From NCBI RefSeq assembly GCF_018350175.1, contig NC_058373.1:128092001-128156000 (forward strand): a DNA stretch of 64,000 nucleotides, given 5' to 3'. Of this stretch, positions 37,760 through 48,625 are shown in pieces. This DNA comes from Felis catus. Lineage: Eukaryota. The notes below the pieces were generated by a model. It was not told where the DNA came from. It did no database searches and worked only from the letters and a program-made list of their open reading frames with translations. The first letter of the stretch is position 1. Each line of letters begins with the position of its first letter. The position numbers and the translations under genes were made by a program.

Positions 37760-38384
37760 AAACAGGAGATGCTAGTCATCCTGGAAGAGCCTGGATCCTA
37801 TAGTGACTTGATGTCGCTCACCAGTATCCACTAAATAGGGGTCAGACCATGCTGGCCCTGGTTTCTATCCATTCTGAACCCAGTTTACTTTAATTTCCCC
37901 AGTTCACCCACACATTCAACAGGTCATAGGGCAATTTCTATTGCTTGAAAACACTTACTCTTAATCATTTATTTTTCCAATACATCACTTGATGTTTCCT
38001 TTTATTTAGTCACTTACTTCTTTTTAAACTCATTTCTTGTTTTATTTTTAGTGTTATTTTTAGGTGAGACTCTCTTCATTTCTTCTTGTATTTCAGAAAC
38101 AAAGCTTCAAAGTAAATATGTATTTATTCTGCCAGGCATTGTGATCAGCCATTTCCATACATTGTTTCCTTTGGTTTTCACAAAACCTTTAAGGCTGTAT
38201 CGCTTGGCTTTAAAACCTTTTTCTTACTTTATATGTGTTCATTTTTTTTCTTTTAGGGAAAGAGAACAGGAAAACTGTGTTGTGTTAACTAAAGAATGAG
38301 TTAAAGGCACATAAGGTGTAAATCATATTGATGATACATAAATATGCATCCATGTGTGTATTTGTCTATTTCAGTGCTTTTGAT

Positions 38385-38580
38385 GTTCTATACGTTGCAG
38401 ACACCGCATACAAAGCGTATTGGCACACATCACTTACATTGATATTATTTCACCTTACTCTCCAGATCAATAAACTTAGACTCAAAAATGGCATATCGTT
38501 TTTCTAAGCCCGTAATTGTCATAGAAACAGGAAGTGGCAAAAAGAGGATTTGAACCCAGGTCTGTGTGACTACAAAACCG
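38385..38580 (-). mobile_element. MIR fragment
   Basis: ggaagtggcaaaaagaggatttgaacccaggtctgtgtgactacaaa. Confidence 0.7.
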
Positions 38581-39616
38581 ACCACAGTTCAGTGGTTGCG
38601 GGTGTTTGTGGAAAGGCCTTCTGTAAAAGACTACATTCTCTAGATATTTATTATCTTTGGATTTGATCGTGAGACTTATATTACATTCTTTTGACTTTAG
38701 AACTAGTTAAACTTCAGGAAAACAGGAAAGAAGAAACTGTTTATAAATTCTCCATGACCTTTAAAGCAGAAACATCTGTTGGGTTACGCCGATCTTGAGT
38801 GAACACAGACAGGCTTTCAGGTGGATGGACTGTAGATTTCATGGGCATTGTCATCTGACTCTTTGAAATTAAACGAACTTGGAGAAAGCTGTGGGGAATA
38901 ATTTATTGTATTTTTCATAAAAATAAATGCTATAATGTAATAATATAAAGTGACAGTCCTTGATTACATTCTCTGGTGAACCTGGTTCCTGAATTTCTGT
39001 TAATAGTGATAAATAATCCCAAGGGTAGTCAGTCCGGGTCCTCACCTTTGAACGATTTCCAAAAGCTGAGTAATATATGGATTCATCTGGGGAGAATCCA
39101 CTCATAAACCTCTAGTGTTGACTCAAAATATTTTAATATACTGTTCTATAAACAAATGCAGACGTGGATGTAGTTTTAAATTCCTCATGCTTATAGTTCC
39201 CATATCACCAAAAAGCAAAGACACGTATAAACACTAACTACAAGCTGACCTACAAGGCCAATGCATTTCAAATTAACGACATTAATTCAAGGGAGGATCC
39301 TATTCTGCAGAATTTAAATTGCTGTCCATATGAGTATGGTACTAACGGCGGTAGTTAGACGGACTCTTGAATTTGTTTCCTATTTACTACACAGCACTGG
39401 GGATAATGCAATCTTCCCATCATTTTTTCCTGTTCAAATTCTTGGGGATTAATTCAAATATGCTATGAAGTCATATTTTTAATGACTTTCTAGGATCGTA
39501 TCAGTAGTTTAACAAGTCTGCTTTTTAAATTATTTTGTTATTATCATTTTTAGCGCCCTGTGACTTGACAGAACGATTTGGCAACCAAGAATATTTTAAA
39601 TAACAAGGAGATTCAG

Positions 39617-40120
39617 TGTCTTAGCCTGGGCTTTCCCAAAGCCAACTCTGAGACAAAGGTGAATCTATGAATGGTTTATTCAGAAATGTCATTTTAGGGA
39701 GCCAGATAGAATAAAGAGTAAAAACTCATCCAAAAAATATGTTATTGAAGTGGCTACCTCAAGAGAATACTATTTACTTGGTCCAAAGGAGCTCTAAGAA
39801 GGCTTCTGGCGTGTTTCAGACCAGCCAGCACAGGGGTAAAAAGGGAAGTTATTTATGTGTTGGTCCACCTTCCAACACGTAAGCACTTTGCATGTATGAT
39901 TGCCAAACCATCCACGGGGCGCACGTACTCAGTGTCAGAGGATCTCTTGGCAGAAAGTCAGAAGACCTACTGTGCCTTGCGATGCCTCTGTCAAACAACA
40001 CTTGCAGCAAGCTGCTCAAAGCAGAGACTGTCCACGACAGTCAGTGTCAGACTGTCCGCGACAACAATAGCTGGAACGAGATAAGAGGCTAAGTCTTGAA
40101 GCCATGCCCAAGAGGGTTTC
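39617..40120 (-). mobile_element. LTR16-like ERVL LTR
   Basis: tgtcttagcctgggctttcccaaagccaactctgagacaaag...tggtttattcagaa resembles the antisense LTR16 3' end. Confidence 0.65.
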
Positions 40121-41457
40121 CCATTGACTCACATTAACATCTTAGCTAATTTCTATATCTTTATAGAATTAAAAAAATCAGTAGACCTTTAAAACATTAG
40201 AAAAATACACGGGCACCCTATCGAGCAACATTCTCAGCAAATTTCATTCACGGATGTTTTAGACAATCATTCTCAGAGTTTAACTGCAGTCCCGGAGATA
40301 GCTAGACATCTATTGCTTTATAGATGTTTTGTCAACGTAGGCTCTCAAAAAAGGGATAGAATTTTTTTTCTTTTTTTCTGTGTAGCTGATTCTTTTAATT
40401 CAATGCAATATATTTTGTCAAATCCCTCTTTTGTGTATTCTGCTGCACTCTGGGAATTCAAACATGCTCAGACCACAAACACTAGAGGGTCCCATGGTCT
40501 TTTGGGAAGGCAGGGACCTAATTCCCAAATCTGGTAGAATTCTATAGTTGACACGTGTTCAAATGTTTTCGACATATGAAGAGCATATTTCAGATGCATA
40601 ATTGGCATTCAAAAAATAGATGGCTTAATTTCAAATGTGCGGCAACAACAAAAACAACTCAAGGGTGTTACTGGAGGGAAAAATAATAGGATTTTGCATG
40701 GCCAGTCTGGGTTGGAATTTCTGTTTGTGGCCCCCGAGGTAGTGAGACAGTGGAATTTTTCCCTCAACCTACTGGTATAGTAAGCCTAGTATTGAGATTG
40801 AAAACTGCTCCTGCACTCAATTCAATTAAATTAGATGAAGAGAAATGGTGTTATGAGATTTTAAATTCATTCTTAACCCATATCTTCCGTGTAAAATGAG
40901 CTGAACTTGCAAAAAAAAAAAAAAAAAGAAAACACTCGCTTTGTTTTTTGCCTTGAACATTTTTTCTGATGTGTGTATTCAGACAAATGTGTGCCATTCT
41001 TTTTCATATTACAAATTTATTCCATAAAAATGAATCAATAATGTTGCTTCTATACCAAAAAAAAGGGTATTTTCTATCGTACTCATATTTGTTTTGCCAA
41101 AATACAAATAAACATGCACACATGCATACAAATGTGCATATGTGCATATGCATATGAAGTGTGTGTAGGGACCATATTTCCAAGCAGTAATAGATATTAA
41201 GAGCAAAATGCTCTTTTGGGTATAATAATCTTTTACATATAATTTCAGAAAAAAATTCAATGGAACTGTCCTGCCTCCTGGCAACATTAAAGACTAAATC
41301 AAAAGCCTAATGAAGAATAAAAATATTGAATAAATTAATTTTGTTTGTGTTTTCTTTAATATGGATCTGACAGCCAACTGCTTTCAAATATAGTCATTTG
41401 TTCTCACTATATCACTTTGTACAAATAACATACAAATTGCTATCACTCCGTGCATTT

Positions 41458-41525
41458 TTTGAAATTTTTTAATGTTTAATTTATTTTCTTGGGAGAGAGA
41501 GACAGAGCAGGAGCAGGGGAGGGGC

Positions 41526-41556
<31 letters not shown>

Positions 41557-41682
41557 ATCCAAAGCAGGCTCCAGGCTCCGAGCTGTCAGCACAGAGCCCA
41601 ATGCAGGCTTGAACCCACAAACTGTGAGATCATGACCTGAGCCGAAGTCAGACGCCCAACCTACTGAGCCACCCAGGGGCCC
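41458..41682 (-). mobile_element. Feline CanSINE
   Basis: TSD cactcc(g/a)tgcattt (41444-41457, 41683-41696). Confidence 0.96.
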
Positions 41683-41968
41683 CACTCCATGCATTTCTAA
41701 TGAATTTTTATGCATATAAAAATAATCTTGATCAAAACAAACTTCTATGACATATGTTTTAATCATGGAAGTATGACACACATTAAAATTGAACAATTTT
41801 ATGATTTCTAAGCTGGAAATGCTCGCTTACTGAAACACAGCTTCGATCACATATGCCAGTGCTGGACATCTCTGTTTCAAGAATCTAAAGGTATAATGAA
41901 TCTTCATACTATTTTCTGGGTAATGTGATTTGTGTCTATATTTGTTTCTTTCTACAGTTGCTTAAGCT

Positions 41969-42004
41969 AAAACAAACAAACAAACAAACAAACAAACAAA
42001 CAAA
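41969..42004. repeat. (AAAC)n microsatellite
   Basis: Read directly from the sequence. Confidence 0.95.
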
Positions 42005-42026
42005 GCAATTAGCCCTTAATGTTTCC

Positions 42027-42373
42027 TGCCTTAGTCCTCTCTGTCAGACAAAATGCAGTAGACTAGGTTATTTAAACAGAAATATTTTCTGAGTTCTAAA
42101 GTCCAAGGTCAAGATGTCAGCTAATTTGATTCCTAGTGAGGTCTCTCTTCCTGGCTACCTTCTCGTTGTATCTTCGCATGGCAAAAAGAATGAGCCTTGG
42201 TATCTCTTCCTTTTTTTAGGGGCACCACCCCTATCAGAATAGGGTCTCAACCATATGAACTCATTCAATCTGTCACCTGCTCACAGGCCTTGTCTGCAGC
42301 GATAATCACCTTGGGGGTTAGGGCTTCGACATATGAATTCGACAGGGGCAGGGACATAATTCAGTCCAAAGAA
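42027..42373 (-). mobile_element. MLT1A-like MaLR solo LTR
   Basis: aagtccaaggtcaagatgtcagc...ttgggggttagggcttcgacatatgaatt...ggacataattcagtcca. Confidence 0.88.
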
Positions 42374-42550
42374 CTTTCTTAAATTCAAAAAGTATTTTGC
42401 AATAACTCTGTAATCCTTACATTCTGTTTGAGCCAGTCCATAGCCACAATGGTCTCTTTCTTACTCTCTAGAGACCCCTATTTGAGTAACAACTCACAAT
42501 GTCGAGGATGAAGATTTTGGTAACCATTAGGAAGATGCTCTTTGGGAGCC

Positions 42551-42700
42551 ACTATTTATTTGGCACCTACTATATGCCAGGTACTCTGCATCCAATGCTC
42601 CGTTCAAGCCTCGGCACCACTCCATGACATTTATGTTATTCTGTACATTTTCTGATTGGAGAACCTGAGGCTTAAAGAGGTTAATTATCTTTTGTGTAGT
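42551..42700 (-). mobile_element. MIR fragment
   Basis: atttatttggcacctactatatgccagg...ggagaacctgaggcttaaagaggttaa. Confidence 0.75.
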
Positions 42701-43846
42701 CTAAATCATGATATAATAAATAACTCCTCTGTTAGTGCTCTCGCCTCAACATTTCCGCCGACTCTGACATGTTTAAAACAACAAGAGCTCTGGGAACAAT
42801 GTTTAGAAGTCTCTTCTGGGGAAGATTGATCTACTCCATTGTTAAAATTTTCAACTTCAAACTAATTTGATAAATCAGATCTTAGTCCGTTTTAAAGATG
42901 GGGAAGTGTATTATAAAATATAATGATATTTAATGGGAGAAATATTTAGAAATCCCTGTTCTGTCTCTTTTTAATGGTTTACTATGTAGAAAGAAAAGTT
43001 CATGGGGGGATTAGATTTGGCTGGATCTGCAGTGTTTAATGTTTGAAAACTCTGACCTTGAACGTTCTCCCAAGAGACTTTGGTTCTCCCGGGTACATGC
43101 TTTAGACGGTTCTCCCTGCGATATGATGAAGCTGAATCATTTTCAACATCAACATGTACCTTGAGATAAACTGCTTCCTTTTGTTTTGAGGCAGTAAAAC
43201 ATGGCTTGTGGATGATTATTTCCTTGGTGAGATTTTTTTTTTCTTTTCACTGGAGTTTTCCCAATGCTTCATCTTTCAGGAAAAGGAAACTTGACAGCTA
43301 ATTTTCCATCCCTATATTGCCTACTTCCACCCCCAAATAGAATGGTTGACAGTTCACATTATACAGCAATAGGATACTGAAACATGGAACCCACCCCTCA
43401 GTAGAGAGATCAAGCAAAAACTTTCCAGTGTAGGTGGGATTAATCACAAATGATAATTCGAGGTTTGAAATGAGTCATCACGACATTTCAACCCATTTGG
43501 GTATAAAATGAGATTAAAATGAGAATGTAATCACTTCAGTGCCAAAAATGGAAAGTAGATGCTAAGTACTCATTTGTTAAAAGTAACTCGTTTTCTGATT
43601 TTCCAAAACGTAAGGGCTTCTATGTCCTCCCAAATGTAATATTGTGATAGGCTATGAAATTCTGGTCTTGAGTTAAAATAAGATTTTCTAAAAAGTCGGA
43701 TGCGTGAAATTATGTACTTTCTGATGCAAGAGTTAGGTTTCGTTTCCCGTAATGAAGTGACCTTGCCTTTTGGCTTTGGTCTACGTACCCAGGACAAAAT
43801 AACAAACAAACAAACAAAAAACAAGAAACCTCTGCTTTTCAACAGC

Positions 43847-44255
43847 TGTATTAGTCTGCTTCAGCTGTCATAACAAAATATCATCGACTAGGTGGCTTAC
43901 ACAACAGAAATTTATTTTCTCACAGCTATGGAGACAGGAAGTCCAAGATCAAGAGGCTAGCACAGTTGGGGGCTGGTGAAGTTTCTCTCCTTGGTCTGTG
44001 GATGGCTGCCTTCTTGCTGTGTATTCACATGACCTCTTTAAAGAACACTGAGGGGCAAGGTCTTCGATGTGTCTCCTTATAAGGACACTAATCCTCTTGT
44101 GTTAGAGCCTCCCCACCACCACACACACAATTATGATCTCATTTAACTTTACTACTTGAGAAGCCTTATCTGTAAATATAGCCACAGTGGGAGTTATGGC
44201 TTTGACACACAAATTTTGGAGTCAAATTTTGAATACAAGCATTCAGTCCATGACA
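43847..44255 (-). mobile_element. MLT1A0-like solo LTR with intact 5-bp TSD
   Basis: TG...CA termini (tgtattagtctg...cagtccatgaca) flanked by acagc at 43842-43846 and 44256-44260. Confidence 0.93.
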
Positions 44256-44804
44256 ACAGCTAAGGATAGAATGCACATCTAGTTTATTTAGGAACCATCC
44301 ACTTCACATGTTCTTCCCCGATTTGGTGTTCTATACTAGATACGTGTACTCAGGTCCACACACGCAGTCAATTCATGTCCCTAAAGGCCGTGAGCACAGT
44401 TATAAATAATTTCATGGTGATTTATAGACACATGGTGATTTATAGACAAAACTACCTCTGTAATCTTAGCCTCTGTGTGGACACTTAGAGATCCTAAACA
44501 GCTGTCTCTGTTTCTGTAACCCTGTGGAGGTGTGGACAGCTACATTTGTCCTTTTAAGAAGGAAAGAAAATCATCATTTTTTTTTCCTCAAAAGTGTTTA
44601 CAGAACAGATGCTTCTAATGAAGAGGTTTGTGTTTACACTTGGTCTGATGGCAGGCAAATATTTGGTTTGTTCAGGAAACCAAAGAATGGCTCACACCCT
44701 GTAGTGTGGGAAGGCATCGAGAATAATGATAGGGGGGCATCTTTCTAAGTAAGTATAGCTGGGTTCTGATCCTGGCTTCTAATTAATCAGGAAACTTCCT
44801 GATT

Positions 44805-45210
44805 AATTGGTTTTCCAGATCCTTCTTTGGCTTTCCTGCTCCTTCTCTTGTCGCTGGAGGAGCTATTCTCTACACAGTAGCTGGAGTGATGCTTTAAAAT
44901 GTAACCCTGGCCACACCACTTACCTGCTCAGACGCCTCCTGTGTCTTCTTATCCCTCTAGGACCAAAGTCCTTATGAGAGTCCTGGGATCCTGCTAGGAC
45001 CTGGCTTTTGCCTACCTCAACCGCATCCTTAAGATTCTGACCCTTATTAACTACATAGTAGTCACTCTCGCCACCCTATCTCCTGAATGCATTTCTTCAC
45101 CTCAGTCTTTTCTGTTTGTCTCTGGGATGTAAACTGCTATTTTCCCAGTTCCCACAATAGTGCTCAGTACCTACAGATATTCAGCTGACTTTGGACAAAT
45201 AATAAAATAA
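44805..45210 (+). mobile_element. L2 fragment
   Basis: tattctctacacagtagctggagtgatgctttaaaatgtaa...cctgctcag...atagtgctcagtacctacag. Confidence 0.7.
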
Positions 45211-45859
45211 CACTGTTGTTAAGTCAAACTATCAAACTTAAGATGCTACCCTAATGTGAGTTATTGTCATTTTAAGTATCCCCTCATTTAAAAGCTTCAT
45301 AACTAGCATAACCTCCAGCTGAAAAAATATATTTAATTATGTTTTTAAATTTGCCTATTCTTAGAAGACTCTCCAAGTAGAATATACATAGGAAAATTTA
45401 TGGGGCATATCTATACCTTTACATACTGTATTTGCTTATATAAAATTAGATACTATTTCAAGAAAGATTGGATTTTGTTTAAATGAGGTTCTATATTTAC
45501 TCCAAAGAGTCTGCTGAGAACCAGCAGCTGCCACGTAATAAATGGTCAGTCCAGGTAGGAATTCACTGTGGCCATGTCGTTTCACTTGTTGCTCCCAGAG
45601 GAATGGATCAGGATTAGGAAGCAGGACACTTGCGCCCCATTTTATAGAAGCCATGCACAAAACACTTAGCATTGACCTTCAGCTTGACTGCCATGAGGAT
45701 TCAGCTAACTGAATCTGTGTGCAGCCTAAGCCTTCCTTTCCCCTGGGTAAGCGTCTGGTCACCTAACCCCTAGGTATTTATAGTTGTACTCCCAGAGCAT
45801 CTCTGATTCCATCTGATTTCTTCTCCACCTCACTTATGCCAGGCTAGTTTTTGATGGAA

Positions 45860-46320
45860 GTGTTACCTTTCTTTTCTAAGATCCCTTGTTCCTCTTCTGG
45901 ATCCCTTGTCTGCCCTTTTCCAACCTGCTCTGTATCCTAGGAGGCTGGTCTGTGTGGACTTCACCAATGGATTCCCCTGCCCTCTGCTTTCCTCTTGAAT
46001 TCAGGTCACACAGAAGAGCACCAAGGGAAGATCAGAGGAAGAGAATGAGGTAAGAGCTTGTTATGTCCTTCCCTCACCTGCTCCCTGCAGGTCACTATTC
46101 CTGGTTCTTTCCTTCACCAGAGGATAAAGTTATAGTCAGACCAACTCCTCCACACAGCTTTCTTCATTTCCAATAACCCCTTAACTACTTAACCCCTCTG
46201 ACCCTGGAAATGGAAACATTCTGTTACTAGCTGTGGTATCATACTGTCTCTGGCTGTTTCTCTTATAACAGACATTAACTTATCCTCTTACTTAGTTTTA
46301 GCGTATGAATTGTGTTCGAC
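45860..46320 (+). mobile_element. LTR33-like ERVL LTR
   Basis: cctgctctgtatcctaggaggctggtctgtgtggacttcacc...cccctgccctctgctttcc...gaagatcagagg. Confidence 0.7.
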
Positions 46321-46406
46321 TAGAATTATGATTATATATTTACTCATAACCCAAAGGAAAATGATAATCAGCTACATGTCTACCCCAGAAATGCGTATGA
46401 ATTTTG

Positions 46407-46647
46407 GAAGCAGCCTGATGGTGTCATAAAGTGATATAGCATAAAGATTAATTGTGTACCCTCGAATCTTTGTTGTGTCTTTCACTGGCCATTAAAATTA
46501 AGTTAACTGTTTTCTTCTATGACTTCAGTTTCTCACCTGTACAATCTGGAGAGGAATAATATTTAGCTTGCAGAATTATTCTGGAAGAAGATCTATATAA
46601 AATATTTATCAAAATGTCTGGAAAATACTAATTGTATAATAATGGTA
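46407..46647 (+). mobile_element. MIR
   Basis: Core gacttcagtttctcacctgtacaatctggagaggaataata. Confidence 0.65.
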
Positions 46648-46789
46648 AAACATAGTTTTTATATTTTCCTGACTGTGATGGTTAATTTTATGTGCCAACT
46701 TGACTGGCCACAGGGTGCCCACACATTTGGCCAAATGCTCTTCTGGGTGTGTCTACAAGGGTATTTCTGGATAAAGATTTAATTTTGCT

Positions 46790-46802
46790 GATGTTTATTT
46801 TT

Positions 46803-46834
<32 letters not shown>

Positions 46835-47014
46835 CAGGATGAGAGTGGGGGAGGGGCAGAGAGAGAGGGAAACACAGAATCTGAAAAGAAGCAGGCTGCA
46901 GGCTCTGAGCAAGCTGTCAGCACAGAGCCTGATGCGGGGCTCGAACCCACGAACTGCGAGATCATAACCAAAGCCTTGGTGGATGCTTAACCGACTGAGG
47001 CACCCAAATGCTCC
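46790..47014 (-). mobile_element. CanSINE inside MLT2B
   Basis: Antisense SINE body; duplicated LTR sequence tctggataa(a)gatt on both sides. Confidence 0.93.
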
Positions 47015-47435
47015 AAGCATGTATCTGGATAAGATTAACATTTCAATCAGTCTGTTGAGTAAAGTAGACTGACCTCCTTAATGTGGGTAGGCCTCACCCA
47101 AGCAATTGAAAACCTGAATAAAACAAGAAGTCTTGAGTAAGAAGGAATACCTCAGGCCTGACTGTTGAGCTACACATTGGTCTTTTTCTGCCTTTTAACT
47201 CTACTAAAAGGTCAGCTCTCTTTCAGTCTCCAGCTTGCTGGCTTTCAGACTGGACTTTACATCCCTGGCTCTCCTGGTTCTCAGGCCTTCAGACTTGGAC
47301 TGGAAATATACCATTGGCTCCCAGGCCTTGGAAATACACATCAGCTCTCCTGGTTCCCCAACATGCCAACTGCAAACCTTGGGCCTTCTTAGCCTCTATC
47401 ATCATGTGAGACAATTATCTATTATAAATCTCTTA

Positions 47436-47437
<2 letters not shown>

Positions 47438-47466
<29 letters not shown>
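47438..47466. repeat. (CA)n microsatellite within MLT2B
   Basis: Read directly from the sequence. Confidence 0.95.
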
Positions 47467-47468
<2 letters not shown>

Positions 47469-47626
47469 TATGTTTTGTTTCTTTGCCAAATGCTGACTCG
47501 TACACTGACTTAACTTTATATCAGAATCACCCAAAAAACTAAAATATCACCTTGAAATTTAGCCCCAAATTTTAATTATTTAAGTGAAGAGTCCAGGGAG
47601 CTGCATCATTAAAAAGATCTCCATAT

Positions 47627-47826
47627 GCAGCCCCTGGGTGGCTCAGTCAGTTGAGCATCTGATTCTTGATTTCAGTCATGTTCTCCTGGTTCATGGTAAT
47701 GAGCCCATGTAGGGCTCTGTGCTGACAGCATGGAGCCTACTTGGGATTCTCCTCCCCCCCTCTACCATTCCCCTCCTTGCACTCCTCCTCTCTGAAAATA
47801 AATTAATAAACTTGAAAAAATTAAAA
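47627..47826 (+). mobile_element. CanSINE inserted in a MER5-like relic (about 47510-47866)
   Basis: cctgggtggctcagtcag head; TSD gatct(c/t)catat; upstream tcagaatcacc. Confidence 0.9.
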
Positions 47827-48089
47827 ACGGATCTTCATATCATTTGAAGCAATGGATAAGCACTGATCTGTGAATTCCCACTTGGGAGACACGCAGTAGA
47901 CACACAATTCCAGCTGTCAGTCACACAAGCTGAAGTTCCACTCGGCACTCAAGAGGTGTGATCTCATGACAGTTAAATTTTGTACGTTGGCATCCTCATC
48001 TAGAAATAACATGGATTATGCTAAAAGCTTTTATATATTGTCTTGTTTAGTTCATGACATATGTACCGTCCATACTGAGGGGGAAAGTA

Positions 48090-48280
48090 TTTTTTACGTT
48101 TATTGATTTGTTTTGAGAGAAAGCAGGGGAAGGGCAGAGAGAGGGGTCTAGAGAGTCTGAAGCAGGCTCCATGTTGTCAGCACAGAGCCCAATGCAGTGC
48201 TCAAACCCACCGACTGTGAGATCACAACCGGAGCTGAAACCAAGATTCAGAAGCTTAACCAACTGAGCCACCCAGGCTCT
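48090..48280 (-). mobile_element. CanSINE
   Basis: Ends cttaaccaactgagccacccaggc. Confidence 0.92.
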
Positions 48281-48399
48281 GGAAAAGAGTATTTGTTGAT
48301 TCATAGTAGAACGTCATGTAACCTAACAAACCATTGTTGCTTTTTTGCTAGTGATATTATTGTCATTATTATTGAATAAAAGATGTTTTCCTTCTACAC

Positions 48400-48625
48400 G
48401 TTAATTCCTTTGATATTGATCGAGTGCTCATTATATGCCTGGCACTATTCTTGTGCTGGGGACACAGCGATGATGAAGACAGACATGGTGCCCTGCCCTC
48501 ATATAACTAAAGTACTCACAGGGGAGAAGAAAATAGACTTAAAGAATAAATTCATCTTCTCATTTAATGGTAAAGCGTGATAAGTTCTGAAGGAAAAAAA
48601 ATGAACAAAGTGAAAGGATAGCGGT
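48400..48625 (-). mobile_element. L2 3' fragment
   Basis: gagtgctcattatatgcctggcactattcttgtgctggggacacagcgatgatgaagacagacatggtgccctgccctcat. Confidence 0.85.

Larger units (their letters stand above)
46674..47504 (+). mobile_element. Complete MLT2B-like ERVL solo LTR with 5-bp TSD, carrying a CanSINE and a (CA)n tract
   Basis: tgtgatggttaattttatgtgccaacttgactgg...ctgactcgtaca; ctgac at 46669-46673 and 47505-47509. Confidence 0.93.

Noticed and set aside
38030-38330. Several T-rich acceptor-like sites
   Set aside because: No convincing paired donor, and the T-rich background generates such sites frequently.
44413-44448. 18-bp perfect tandem duplication catggtgatttatagaca (similar small duplications near 21537-21574 and 26647-26681)
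   Set aside because: The duplications are real but look like ordinary slippage, with nothing suggesting function.
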